A DNA stretch of 64,000 nucleotides from Polyangiaceae bacterium (GCA_965222375.1 CBDCTZ010000015.1:1248001-1312000), one strand, 5' to 3'; positions 48,847 through 58,848 are shown, numbered from the stretch's first letter. Translations and numbers: made by a program. The notes: generated from the sequence alone by a model not told the origin.

Positions 48847-49575
48847 TCAGTTGGGTCGTGGAACTGGTGCGGGCTCGTCCGCACCTCCGAACTCCATGCC
48901 AACCCAGAGAGACAGCACAGTGCTGCTGCCATCCTCAGCGCCGGGTAGCCAGATGTATCGCGCATCCACACCGACGAAGAAGGGCGCAAGGGGCGAGCTC
49001 GGCGCACTCACCAGCGCCCGGGACCAGCAGCGGGTCAGCCACTCGACGGCGTCCTGTAACCGCTGGCGCAGACTGCGACGCGCACCAGGATACAGGGAGA
49101 GCTCGACGATGCGCTCGGCCTCGCGAAGGTAGCTTGCGGCCAAGTGGTCGTGCACGCCGTCGAGCAGAACTAGGTGACCGCTCCGGCTGGGCGTCCGCTC
49201 CGACACCGGCGGCTCCTCGACCTCATCGGCCTCCGCTAGGTCGAATGCAGGGAGCGGCGGATCATCGACTTCGTCGCGAATGGCGACTGTGACCGCGGGA
49301 ATCGGCGTGCGCAGGGTCGGCCGATCGTCCTCGTCGCAGTCGGACGCGAAAGCTGCGGAGCGGATCGCATCGACGAAAGCGTCGTCGAGATGATCCCCCA
49401 GCCCAACCAAAGTCTGGCGGTATTCGCTACGGCTCGACGGAGTCGACTCCGACTCCTCACCTAGCATGCTGCCATCGCCGCGGAATACGACGACCGGGTG
49501 TGCCAAGGGAAAACCTCGCACCCCGTACGGGGCGTGCATCACGTCGAGATCCGAGATGAGTTGCGAACTACGCAT
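48847..49575 (-). CDS. Hypothetical acidic protein
   Basis: Fills the gap between convergent/divergent genes; plausible composition; start uncertain. Confidence 0.55.
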   Translation of the reverse strand: MRSSQLISDLDVMHAPYGVRGFPLAHPVVVFRGDGSMLGEESESTPSSRSEYRQTLVGLGDHLDDAFVDAIRSAAFASDCDEDDRPTLRTPIPAVTVAIRDEVDDPPLPAFDLAEADEVEEPPVSERTPSRSGHLVLLDGVHDHLAASYLREAERIVELSLYPGARRSLRQRLQDAVEWLTRCWSRALVSAPSSPLAPFFVGVDARYIWLPGAEDGSSTVLSLWVGMEFGGADEPAPVPRPN

Positions 49576-49746
49576 GTGCCACTGGCATCGCCGAAGAGCG
49601 TCACGCGGGCCAAGAAATTTGGCGCCGCTGTTCAGAAAGGCGCGGCGTTCTTGGCTCTTTTTGTCGCTCGGGTCAACCCATGGAGGTCGGGTCGACGTCG
49701 GCGATTGGCCGGCGTGCCGTTCGCGGCGATCCTGTAGGATAATCCC

Positions 49747-51495
49747 GTGCTCTCACTGCTCCGGAGACTGTTCAGGCACCTGGACCACCCGAAAGCACAT
49801 CGAAGCATTGTCCTGCTGGCGTTGTTCCTAGCGCTGCCATGTTTGGCCTCGCCTTTGATGGCCGACGACTACATCCAACGGATCCGTCTGCGACCCGATC
49901 TGCACTACCCGGGTTTCGACGACGGTCTGTTCGATCTCTTCGTGTTTGCCAGTGGCGACCCCAGCCAGCGCGCTGCCCTGATGGATTCGGGTTCGTTCCC
50001 TTGGTGGACCGCCGAGCATTTCAAATTGGCGTTCTTTCGGCCCTTGTCGGCGCTCACCCATTGGATCGATGGGCTGCTATGGGGACAGTCTTCGGCGCTC
50101 ATCCACGCTCACTCCCTGGCGTGGTTCGCTGGCCTGTTGGGCACGGTCGGTTGGCTCTATCGGCGGCTGCATACACCCGCAGTAGGCGCATTGGCCTTGC
50201 TGCTCTACGCCGTTGACGACTCGCGGGGGCCGGTGCTCAGCTTTGCGGCGAATCGCAACGCCATCATCGCCGCGTTGCTCGGTGTCGCGGTGCTCATTGT
50301 CCACGATCGCTGGCGTCGACAGAATTGGCGCGCGGGCAGCGTTTTGGGCCCGGCGCTGCTGGGCGCCGCGTTGCTCGCCGGTGAGTCGGCCTTGGCAACC
50401 ACGGCATACTTGTTCGCGTACGCGCTCTTCCGCGACAAGGGGAACCTGCTGGCGCGCCTTGCAAAACTGCTCCCCTATGTGGCGGTCGTCGTCACCTGGC
50501 AACTCGTCTACAAGGCTCTGGGCTACGGTGCGGTGGGCTCGGGTCTGTACTTGCATCCAACGGCCGCACCCCAGAGCTTTCTCGTCGCGGCTCTCGAGCG
50601 CTGGCCTGTGCTGATGATGGGGCAGCTCAGCGGACCGCCATCGGACTTCTGGGTGCTGTACCCACGGCTGACGTCCTGGGTGATGCTCGGGCTCGCGATC
50701 GCAGTCGTGGGCGCGTGCGTTGCAGTGGCGCTCCCGACTCTGCGCTCGAACGCTACCGCGCGGTTTTGGGCGCTCGGCGCGGCGCTGGCAGGGATCCCTG
50801 TGTGCGCCACTTTTCCAAGCGATCGACTGCTGGTCTTCGTGAGCATTGGCGTGATGGGGCTGCTCGCTTGTTTCCTCGAGAGTGTCCTCAGCGGTTCGCC
50901 TTCGCGAAGCCGTCGCCTGGCGGCCGGAGCGGCCGTACTTCTGCACCTGGTCCTTGCTCCCTTGGCTTTGCCCGTGCGCTCGCTGAGCACGCAGCTTTTT
51001 GCGTCGGTCATGGAGCCTCTGGACGAAGCGGTTCCAAAGGACCCAAGCATCGAGTCCCGTTCACTGGTCATCGTCAATGCGCCCGCGGATGGCGTAGTGG
51101 CGTATATTCCGATTCACCGAGCCGCACGGGGCACACCCCGACCGAAAAACCTGCGCCTGCTTGCCACCGGCCCCACAGCGATCGACATCACGCGGGTGAA
51201 TCAGCGCACCCTGCGGCTGCGACCTGAGGCGGGCTTCATCGCTACCAGGCTCGAGCGTATGGCCCGCTCGACCGCCGAGCCCTTCAAGCTGAGGCAGGTC
51301 GTCGATCTGAGTGGGATGAAGGTCATAGTCACCGGCCTGCGCGAGGATGGTCGTCCGGCTGAGGCGGAGTTTGTTTTCGATCGACCGCTCGACGACCCGA
51401 CGTTGCTCTGGATGCGTTGGGCCGACGGTCGTTTAGTTCCCTGGGCGCCGCCGGCCATTGGCCAGGGCGCTGCGCTACCGGGAGCGAGGTTCTGA
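49747..51495 (+). CDS. Polytopic membrane protein, GT-C glycosyltransferase-like
   Basis: ADDY in the first loop, FFRPLS, ANRN, GES, DRLL; about 11 TM. Confidence 0.7.
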   Translation: MLSLLRRLFRHLDHPKAHRSIVLLALFLALPCLASPLMADDYIQRIRLRPDLHYPGFDDGLFDLFVFASGDPSQRAALMDSGSFPWWTAEHFKLAFFRPLSALTHWIDGLLWGQSSALIHAHSLAWFAGLLGTVGWLYRRLHTPAVGALALLLYAVDDSRGPVLSFAANRNAIIAALLGVAVLIVHDRWRRQNWRAGSVLGPALLGAALLAGESALATTAYLFAYALFRDKGNLLARLAKLLPYVAVVVTWQLVYKALGYGAVGSGLYLHPTAAPQSFLVAALERWPVLMMGQLSGPPSDFWVLYPRLTSWVMLGLAIAVVGACVAVALPTLRSNATARFWALGAALAGIPVCATFPSDRLLVFVSIGVMGLLACFLESVLSGSPSRSRRLAAGAAVLLHLVLAPLALPVRSLSTQLFASVMEPLDEAVPKDPSIESRSLVIVNAPADGVVAYIPIHRAARGTPRPKNLRLLATGPTAIDITRVNQRTLRLRPEAGFIATRLERMARSTAEPFKLRQVVDLSGMKVIVTGLREDGRPAEAEFVFDRPLDDPTLLWMRWADGRLVPWAPPAIGQGAALPGARF

Positions 51496-51550
51496 GTCCT
51501 GGCTCGACTCGACGGGCTCAGCGAGCGCCACTCCATCGGGTTTACTGCTG

Positions 51551-51575
51551 CCACCGTGATGTTAGTTCACGGTGG
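51551..51575. promoter_or_regulatory. Perfect 9-bp inverted repeat, candidate operator
   Basis: CCACCGTGA-N7-TCACGGTGG upstream of the glycosidase-like gene. Confidence 0.45.
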
Positions 51576-51613
51576 TTCGCCTCACTGTCGCAGAACGACG
51601 GAAATAGGTTCGC

Positions 51614-52465
51614 ATGAGGCTGTGGCACACGCATTGCTTTCTTACGGGCATGACTTCCGATGACATTCGGAGATTGTCGAGGAAGCCGACGATCTTGCTG
51701 GCGCTGCGACTGGCGGCAGTGAGCTTCGCCATGGGTGCGGCTAGCTGTGGCAACAGTGACCCAAGTAGTGCGGTCAACGGCGACGCCGGCGACGCGAATC
51801 CCGGCTCGTCGGACGCTGCAGGCCGCGACGGCGGGCACGACGTCAATGCTGGCGTTTCTTGCGCGAGCGGCAACTGCACCCTGGATTGCGACCCCGCCGA
51901 GAGCCAGGTCGCGCTACTCGCCGAGACCGCGTCCGATCCGAAGTTGTGGGCGCTCGGTGACCCAGAGCCTGTCCCATTGAGCGAAGTTGGCGACGGACAG
52001 CACCACTTGTTCGTAGGCGTATTCCACGAGGGGCAGGGCAGCGCGGAGTGTTCGCCCGCGGGAAAGCCCTATGGCAATTCTTTTGTCCACGACGCAGTCG
52101 CCGACACGCCCGAGGGCCCCTACACCATCACCGCCGAACCCATCCTGTCTCCAACACAGGTCGACGAATACGATCGCTGTGGAATCGAGACCCCTTCCTA
52201 CTTACGCGTGGACGAACAGACCGAGTACCTCTACTACTGCGGACTGTCGGCTCCGTCGAAGGGCAACCTCGCCGCGCTACGCCGACGCAACGGCGGAGCC
52301 TGGGAGAAGGTCGGGATCGTGGCCGCGATGTTGCCGGGCCAAACGTCGCAATGCGAGCCCGACATCGTGCGAGACCCTGCGACAGGCCTGTACACTCTAT
52401 TTTACATGAGCGACTACGAGAACTGGCCGCTACCGATCCTCCGCACCCCAGTGCCGATTTCGTGA
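51614..52465 (+). CDS. Lipoprotein with five-bladed beta-propeller glycosidase-like blades, probably 3' truncated
   Basis: AASC lipobox; blade starts GDPEPV, IETPSY, CEPDIV; only about 3 blades; tail overlaps the convergent gene. Confidence 0.55.
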   Translation: MRLWHTHCFLTGMTSDDIRRLSRKPTILLALRLAAVSFAMGAASCGNSDPSSAVNGDAGDANPGSSDAAGRDGGHDVNAGVSCASGNCTLDCDPAESQVALLAETASDPKLWALGDPEPVPLSEVGDGQHHLFVGVFHEGQGSAECSPAGKPYGNSFVHDAVADTPEGPYTITAEPILSPTQVDEYDRCGIETPSYLRVDEQTEYLYYCGLSAPSKGNLAALRRRNGGAWEKVGIVAAMLPGQTSQCEPDIVRDPATGLYTLFYMSDYENWPLPILRTPVPIS

Positions 52466-52719
52466 CTGAGGCGCCCACCGTAGGAGCTGATCACCAGCCG
52501 TTGCGTTCCCACTTGAAGTGCCCAAGTCGCGACGGGGTCTTCGGCCTTGCGCCGTCTCCCGCGCTTGGAGCCGCCCGCATAGCTAGCGGCCAACACCTCA
52601 CCCTCCTGAGTGGCCACTGTGAGTCCCTTGACCCCCAGCGCTCGTCGCTGGGATTCCAACAACAGCGTAAGGGCCTCGCCCGGATCGCTGCTGCGCTTGA
52701 TTCGACGTTCCTCCATCAT
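52414..52719 (-). CDS. Small hypothetical protein (roadblock/GAF-like)
   Basis: ERRIKRS..PGEAL...LTVATQEGEVLAA pattern. Confidence 0.6.
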   Translation of the reverse strand: MMEERRIKRSSDPGEALTLLLESQRRALGVKGLTVATQEGEVLAASYAGGSKRGRRRKAEDPVATWALQVGTQRLVISSYGGRLSHEIGTGVRRIGSGQFS

Positions 52720-52781
52720 GAGATCTTCGCGCCGCCCCATCCGGGTGGCCAAGAAACGCACTCACGGAACGCACACAGACC

Positions 52782-53438
52782 CTATTCGAGCTCGATGCTT
52801 GTGGTCTCGCACGCGATTGCGAACGCTTCGAGAGCCGGCACCAGCGACTCGTGATCGAGAAAGGCACTGCACGTCAGATACCTACTCGCGCCGGTCCGGT
52901 GCCAGGCTGCCTCGACGCGAGCGCGCTTGCCGTCCTTGCCGCGCAGCGTCATCAACCGTCCGTTCTCTGGCAGCTTCTTGTCCACCACCACTTCGTACTG
53001 CTTGTCCTTACTGAGTGCATTGAACCGCTCGGTGATGAGCGCCGGCCAATCCTTCTCCACGCATAGTCCGTCACAGTTGTAGCCAACCTGGAAGTTCGTC
53101 ACGAACCCGAGGTCGGGCTCCTTGGGGGGTTCGAACCAGTTTGGGAAGCCTTTGTCTTTCTTGGAAGGCCAACCGCTGGGCACAGCGCCGTAGCTAGTGA
53201 CCTCTTTGTTTCGCGACTGGACTTTCTTCAGTTCGAAGCGGAGCTTGCCTTGCAGCGCTTTCGGGAGCTTCGCGTTGGCGGCCGCCGCGGAATCCAGGAC
53301 GGGCACCGTTGCTGCGCTAGTGACAGCGCTGGCTGAGCCGGCTGCGGAGTTGCTGTTCTCTGAGGCGTCTCGAAAAGCGTTGCAGCCCAAAGCGGCCAGC
53401 GAGGCAATCACAAGAAGCGTGCCCTGGTGGAATTTCAT
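52782..53438 (-). CDS. Hypothetical lipoprotein
   Basis: Lipobox ALGC; CDGLC. Confidence 0.7.
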   Translation of the reverse strand: MKFHQGTLLVIASLAALGCNAFRDASENSNSAAGSASAVTSAATVPVLDSAAAANAKLPKALQGKLRFELKKVQSRNKEVTSYGAVPSGWPSKKDKGFPNWFEPPKEPDLGFVTNFQVGYNCDGLCVEKDWPALITERFNALSKDKQYEVVVDKKLPENGRLMTLRGKDGKRARVEAAWHRTGASRYLTCSAFLDHESLVPALEAFAIACETTSIELE

Positions 53439-53616
53439 CACGGTTCCCAATCCCCTCAGCAAGAGGGCGCAATCGACGGAATCGAACCTTCACGGGCGGG
53501 AGATACTCGATCAAGTTACATTCCGATTACATCGCGGCGCTGCTCGCAGCGCCGCGCGCCCGAAAGAACTCGGCTCCGGGGTGGCGCATTCTGACAACGT
53601 GCTACATTCCGGCGCA

Positions 53617-54606
53617 ATGCGGCGGGACAGGGCTTGGGCCGTGGTGATGTGTGCACTTGCTGCGTGGGGTTGCAGCGGCACGGGTGGCGGCGGCAATCAA
53701 CGGCCCTTGCCGGACAGCGGCCTCACGGGTGGTGCATCCGCGACGGGCGGAAGCTCGGCAACCGGCGGCACGTCGGCGTTCGGCGGCTCCGGCGCGTTCG
53801 GGGGCAGCGGCGGCACTGCCGCGTTCGGTGGAACCAGTGCGACTGGCGGCACGTCGGCATTCGGTGGCACGGGTGGCACGGCCGCAACCGGAGGCACCAG
53901 CGCGACGGGCGGCATGTCTGCGTCAGGCGGCACTAGCGCGACAGGGGGCACGTCGGCGTTCGGCGGCACGGGTGGCACCAGCGCCACGGGCGGAACTTCC
54001 GCAACCGGCGGCAGCTCTGCAACCGGGGGCACGGGCGGCACCGCCGCGACGGGCGGCGTTGGCGCGACCGGCGGGTCCGGCGGCACGACGGGCGGCTGCA
54101 TCTCGGGGGCCACGGGCACCCATGCGATGCGCTTTCGCTGGGCCGGCAACGGCCCCAACTCGACGGCGTATCCGGTTTACGAACTCAACAACTTGCCCGA
54201 CAAGTCCAACTGGAAGGTTGGCGCCTACTCGCAAAGCATCGGCTACAAGCCGGTGTTCAGCGACACCTTCCTGGGCAAGGGTGGTCTGTCCCTATCTGGC
54301 ACTGTGTTCATTGATGTCGACATGAGCACCGTGGGTCTCTCGTCCATCAAGAACGTGACCCTTTCTATCCTGGGCCGAAGCTTCAACACCACCACGAGCG
54401 GGAGCTTCACCTGGCAGACCTTCAAGGGCACGGGCGCATCGCCGCTGGGCGGCGTATCGAACGCCGCGCCCTACAAGTGGTATGGCGCCAATGCCACCGC
54501 CTCGTTCACGCCTGGCGATGGTGGCATCAAGCTCCGGATCAAAGCCGGCGGCCCATCTGGTTCCCTAGTCGTGAACAGTGTTGAAGTTTGTTTCGACGCG
54601 ACGTAA
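53617..54606 (+). CDS. Lipoprotein with Gly/Thr repeat linker and beta-rich C-domain
   Basis: AWGC lipobox; ATGGTS/AFGG repeats. Confidence 0.8.
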   Translation: MRRDRAWAVVMCALAAWGCSGTGGGGNQRPLPDSGLTGGASATGGSSATGGTSAFGGSGAFGGSGGTAAFGGTSATGGTSAFGGTGGTAATGGTSATGGMSASGGTSATGGTSAFGGTGGTSATGGTSATGGSSATGGTGGTAATGGVGATGGSGGTTGGCISGATGTHAMRFRWAGNGPNSTAYPVYELNNLPDKSNWKVGAYSQSIGYKPVFSDTFLGKGGLSLSGTVFIDVDMSTVGLSSIKNVTLSILGRSFNTTTSGSFTWQTFKGTGASPLGGVSNAAPYKWYGANATASFTPGDGGIKLRIKAGGPSGSLVVNSVEVCFDAT

Positions 54607-54880
54607 CTGCTGTCGAGGGCGACAGCCCAAGACGCCTTCATTGATCCAATTCGATGGTCGCATCGTTCGATGACACGGCCGTCGAGGGCGGCCCACAGCC
54701 TAGGAAGCTTTCGTTGCCCAGTGATGACGGGACGCAGCGCTTGCGGCACAACTACGGCGACGTGGCGCGCAGCGTCGCGACCGCGAGGGAAGGCGAGCTC
54801 CGGAGTGCCCGCACCGGGCGGCCTAGGACGAGAGAAGTGGCCCAGGGACGGGCAGCGCCCCGACCCCAAACCAAACAACT

Positions 54881-55735
54881 TCACTCGTGGATTCGGTCCG
54901 GGTCTCCGAGGAATTCGAAGTGCATCGTGTCTTGGAGTTCGTCGTGGCCGAGCCAGTGGAAGCCGTAGCGTTCGAACACTTCGACCCAGCAGCGAGGCAT
55001 GACCATGCGGTCGTAGATGGACTCGACGTCCTTCTTGCACAACGGGTTTTCGCTCCACTTGCCCACGCAGCCGCAGCAGGGATTGCGGTCGGAATCGATG
55101 TCGATGGCAATGCCGTAGACGTGATTCGAGACTTCGTAGTCCTGATACGTGTTTTCGAGGCGCAGACCGCTGGCGTGACGCGGGTGGTACGGCTGCCGGG
55201 TGCAGTCGCGCTTCAAGGCTGCCTCTACGCAGGCCAAAGCGGGCACGGCTTTGCGATGCAGCACGAGCACGTGTCCGAAGAATTTGGTGCGCTTGGCGTA
55301 AAACTGCGGCGGGTGCGGATTGTCGCTGCGGCGGCCGAAGCCCGGGAAGCGTCCGTACTGGCGCGTGCGATAGTCGATGGCGCGTTTGCGCGCTGACTCG
55401 ATCTGCTTTTGCTCATCGGGCGAAGCGCCGATCTTGGCGATCTGCCCTTTTCGCAGCAGGAAGTCTTGAGCGCGCTGCTCACGGCATTGGCGCCCGTCCA
55501 CAACCACCGGCGCGGGCTTGGCGCCTGCACCAGCGGATGCCGCGGGCGGCGCCGATGCAGTTGGGGTCGACTCGGACTTCGCCTGCGGTTTCGTGCGGGC
55601 AGCGACTTCCGGTCGCGGCTCTGGTGACGATCGCTTCTTGGCCGGTTCGGCCTCGGCCTCTTGACAGCCAAGCGCAAGTAGCGCGACGCACAGCGTCCAG
55701 AAGCTGCAGCGCAGTGGCTTGGAGCAGTGAGGCAT
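54881..55735 (-). CDS. M15 family metallopeptidase lipoprotein (peptidoglycan peptidase)
   Basis: SNHVYGIAIDID (SxHxxGxAxD), FERYGF.W, DTMHFE. Confidence 0.88.
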   Translation of the reverse strand: MPHCSKPLRCSFWTLCVALLALGCQEAEAEPAKKRSSPEPRPEVAARTKPQAKSESTPTASAPPAASAGAGAKPAPVVVDGRQCREQRAQDFLLRKGQIAKIGASPDEQKQIESARKRAIDYRTRQYGRFPGFGRRSDNPHPPQFYAKRTKFFGHVLVLHRKAVPALACVEAALKRDCTRQPYHPRHASGLRLENTYQDYEVSNHVYGIAIDIDSDRNPCCGCVGKWSENPLCKKDVESIYDRMVMPRCWVEVFERYGFHWLGHDELQDTMHFEFLGDPDRIHE

Positions 55736-55845
55736 GTTCGAACCGTCGAGCATGATAGGCCAGGTCGCAGTAGCCGTCATCGACTCAGCGCTCTCGAGGT
55801 CAAGCTCAAGAGCCGCCACGGAGGCCGCGCGCTCTAGGTACCGGA

Positions 55846-56514
55846 CTAGTTGCGCTTCTTGCGCCCCCGCGCCCCAACGGCTTTCGATTGAATGGCAAGC
55901 GGCTTTTCGGGAGGGATCAGCTGGGCCGCAACTCGGTCGACGAAGAAATGCTTCACCCATTCGAAGTCGTTGGGCCCTTCTCCCGGCAGAGGCGGCTCCT
56001 GGTCCGCATCATCGAAATAGGTCAACGCGCGCAAAACCAGGCCTTCGTTGACCTCGCCTGCGTACATCGCCCGGAGGGCCTGCAAACCGCTAGCGATCCC
56101 CAAGCGCTCTTGGTTCAAGACCACGTAGAGGTCGAAGAAGTCCCGGCGCGTACCCCGGTCGAGGAGGGCGTGAAGCTTGGTCGCCAGGATCCCCTCGACG
56201 TTGAGCACGCCGTCTTCCACATGACTGAGCAGCTTGGGCAAGACGAAGATGGAGACGTCGACGCCATCGAAGTTGAGGTGCGTCGTGTCCGGCGACTTTT
56301 CGATGACTTCAACGCGACCGCGCTTTCGCAGCTGCGCCAAAAGCGCACTCATGTCCTTGGCGCGCCCAACTCCGAAGTCGACGTCCGTACTCGGGCGGTA
56401 GGGATAGTGACAACGAACCGCTTGGCCCCCGATCACGAACCAGCCCTTGCTGCCGCGCACAGCGCGGGCCACAGCTTCGGGCATCACATCCAACGGAGCA
56501 AAGCGCCGCGTCAT
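55846..56514 (-). CDS. Nucleotidyltransferase toxin, AbiEii/AbiGii (type IV TA) family
   Basis: IGGQAV...RPSTDVDF and KLHALLDRGTRRDFFDLY; ATGA overlap with the upstream gene. Confidence 0.88.
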   Translation of the reverse strand: MTRRFAPLDVMPEAVARAVRGSKGWFVIGGQAVRCHYPYRPSTDVDFGVGRAKDMSALLAQLRKRGRVEVIEKSPDTTHLNFDGVDVSIFVLPKLLSHVEDGVLNVEGILATKLHALLDRGTRRDFFDLYVVLNQERLGIASGLQALRAMYAGEVNEGLVLRALTYFDDADQEPPLPGEGPNDFEWVKHFFVDRVAAQLIPPEKPLAIQSKAVGARGRKKRN

Positions 56515-56960
56515 CGCATCCCCCGTCGATGCATGACGGCACGGAGCAATGCCAAGCTCTTGGGTCGCCAGCCGCGCATCTGAGCAGCCGCCCACAGGCA
56601 TAACCAAGGCAGCGTGGACGCGTAGCTGATGGCGGCTGTGTCACCGTAGTTGAACGTGGCGAACACAATCTGGCGACCCGCAATGCGAACGCCACCGATG
56701 TTGTGCAGGGTACGCTTGACTGACTCTGGCAGGGCTCCTCGATCGTACTCGATGGGCGGCAGCCGATTGACCGCGTTGTAGATGGTACTGCGAGCAGGCA
56801 CCCGGCGGCCCGAACGCTGACAAAACTCGGCGAGCCCACGACTGACCTCCGACGCCCCCGGCCGGTCGTAGCCCTGGGGCTTGAGCAGCGCGTGTAGCTG
56901 CTGCTCGACAGCTGGATCCAGGCGACTACGACCTCGGTCCGAGCGACGTCTCCGGGTCAT
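56511..56960 (-). CDS. Putative antitoxin with N-terminal HTH-like domain
   Basis: Translationally coupled upstream of the toxin; RRRSDRGRSRLD...PARSTIYN. Confidence 0.7.
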   Translation of the reverse strand: MTRRRRSDRGRSRLDPAVEQQLHALLKPQGYDRPGASEVSRGLAEFCQRSGRRVPARSTIYNAVNRLPPIEYDRGALPESVKRTLHNIGGVRIAGRQIVFATFNYGDTAAISYASTLPWLCLWAAAQMRGWRPKSLALLRAVMHRRGMR

Positions 56961-56985
56961 TAATTCTGACACTTCATCAGATTAA
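56960..56985. promoter_or_regulatory. AT-rich imperfect palindrome at TA operon start (putative autoregulatory operator)
   Basis: TTAATTCTGA-CACTTCA-TCAGATTAA. Confidence 0.5.
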
Positions 56986-57288
56986 ACATAGACGTGATTG
57001 GCGGCAAGGCCCCCGATTGGCCCAACGGGCGACCCTCGAGCAGGCAACACGCGGTGCGCGTGGCTTCGCCGAGGTTACGTGCCGACATGCCCCAGCCGCA
57101 CTTTCCGTTGGCAAGCCCAGGAACGGTAGCTTGTCGTCGAGGCTGATCGGCGTGCCCTTGTGAGAGACGCCCTGGGACTTCAGTTTCAAGAACAAGATCG
57201 CCGAGAACCTGGCGCCCGCAAGTGGCGCCTCGGAACGCCAGAACATTCGTCACGATGGATCCGAGGCGACGTCCCACCTAGGCCGACG

Positions 57289-57699
57289 TCAACGGCAGGT
57301 GAACTTGTATCGCCCGGCCTTCGTGCATTGGGTTCGCCCCGGCGGGTACGCGCGATCGATGCGTATCTTATGCGTGCCTTGGGCGTCGCAGTAGTAGCAA
57401 CTCAGCGTCTTGGTCGTGGGAGAGGCGAAGCTCGCATTGTCCGACATGCAGACGCCCAGCGCATAGTTTCGAATCGTACTGAACGCCCGCCAGGACGCCG
57501 GCGCCCTGACCGCGTGCGAAACAGGAACGTTGGCCGGGCAATACACCGTCTCGCTCTTTGGCTTGGATTTGCCACCCTTGTGCGGAAACTTCTTGCTCGA
57601 ACCCGGCTTCTTCTTCGGCGCCGGCGCTCCATGTACCGCTGCCGTCGTCAGAGCCAAGCTCGCCACAGCCACGAGACCTCCCAGTTTCAACTTCCTCAT
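57289..57699 (-). CDS. Small basic secreted Cys-containing protein
   Basis: Sec signal MRKLKLGGLVAVASLALTTAAVHG, Lys-rich linker, six Cys; GGAGG SD. Confidence 0.7.
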   Translation of the reverse strand: MRKLKLGGLVAVASLALTTAAVHGAPAPKKKPGSSKKFPHKGGKSKPKSETVYCPANVPVSHAVRAPASWRAFSTIRNYALGVCMSDNASFASPTTKTLSCYYCDAQGTHKIRIDRAYPPGRTQCTKAGRYKFTCR

Positions 57700-57738
57700 G
57701 CGTCCTCCCAATCCAAACCCAACTGTAGCCTAGAGTGC

Positions 57739-57788
57739 GTTTGTTTGGGGGTCGCATCCCTGGGGCGGCGTTGGATCCCTACTCTCGA
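57739..57788 (-). promoter_or_regulatory. Bipartite upstream motif, copy 2
   Basis: GTTTGTTTGGGGGTCGC-N15-TTGG-N4-CTACTCTCGA. Confidence 0.55.
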
Positions 57789-57942
57789 GCAGTCGCCCGC
57801 GTTGCGGCAGGGGCGCCGGGTCGCCAAAACGCCAGCCCCTCGTCCACACCAGTCGACGCCGCTGCCAGGCTTGGCGGTCTCCTTCAACGTCAACAGTTCG
57901 CCGCCTAGGCCAGCGGGCAATACTCGTTCCGCGCTGGGGTGC

Positions 57943-58848
57943 TCACTCGGGCGGTGGTATCGGCAAGTCGGGCACGCATTCGAGGTTCACGCTGATGGCG
58001 CTGGGCGCCCAGGCGAGGTTCAGCGGATTGAAAACGATGCCGCTCGGCTTGGTGATCGCGCTCATGTTGGCAAAATCCTGCGCCGTCACGACGCCCTCGT
58101 AGTCCATCACCGCGAGGAAACCCTTCCCGTATACGGAGACGAACTCACCCACTTCTTGTACCCAGGGGTTGGGCCAACCCTGGCGGAAGCCGCAGAAGAT
58201 GACGACGTCGAAGTCCGCGGCTAGGGCCGCGGCGTTGCCCTTGTACTTCGCGGGCAAATCGTCGCCCTGGTACTCGATGCTTTTGGGCAGCGGATGATTG
58301 CCGAGCTTGCCGGGTTCGCAAAGGTGGTCGTCTCCGAAGGAGGCGACCCGCGGCGCGGGAACTCCACCCAGGTAGCCCATCACGTCGAAGGCCGCGAGCA
58401 ACTCGGGCAGCGTCGTCGCGTCACACCACGCAATGATGTGCCCCTTGCCCCAGCGGTCCAAAGCGAACACGCGATGCTGTTGTCCACCGAGGCTGATGAA
58501 GCCTTCTCCGTCGAGCGCGGCGCCGGGCTCGAGGCCCAAGGAGCAGGACTGCTGCGTACCGATCGTGAAATTCAGCGCGCCGCAATAGCAACCCGCGTCC
58601 GTGGGCGTTCCACCGTCCGGGCAGGCATCGGATCCACCCGCCCCGTCCGGTACCGACGCGTCCAGGATAATGCTGCCCCCAGTGCCGCCCGTGCTGCCGC
58701 CGGTGCCAAAGCCCCCTGTGCCCACGGAGCCGGCAGTTCCCCCACTCGCCGCGCCCGCGGTCCCCGCGCCACCGACAGGATCGAGCCCCTCCGTCCGAGC
58801 CCCACACCCAACGAGCAGCGCCGCGATCCCCAACGTCGTCCACCGCAT
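57943..58848 (-). CDS. Hypothetical lipoprotein
   Basis: Lipobox LVGC; Gly linker; alpha/beta C-domain. Confidence 0.75.
   Translation of the reverse strand: MRWTTLGIAALLVGCGARTEGLDPVGGAGTAGAASGGTAGSVGTGGFGTGGSTGGTGGSIILDASVPDGAGGSDACPDGGTPTDAGCYCGALNFTIGTQQSCSLGLEPGAALDGEGFISLGGQQHRVFALDRWGKGHIIAWCDATTLPELLAAFDVMGYLGGVPAPRVASFGDDHLCEPGKLGNHPLPKSIEYQGDDLPAKYKGNAAALAADFDVVIFCGFRQGWPNPWVQEVGEFVSVYGKGFLAVMDYEGVVTAQDFANMSAITKPSGIVFNPLNLAWAPSAISVNLECVPDLPIPPPE

Noticed and set aside
53727..54090. Gly/Thr repeats as a special element
   Set aside because: Ordinary low-complexity linker of myxobacterial lipoproteins.
56511..56960. Transposon or IS element
   Set aside because: Only an HTH-like segment; no DDE domain, terminal repeats or target duplication seen.
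56977..57246. 89-aa ORF upstream of the TA operon
   Set aside because: No recognisable motif; may be a relic but cannot be supported.
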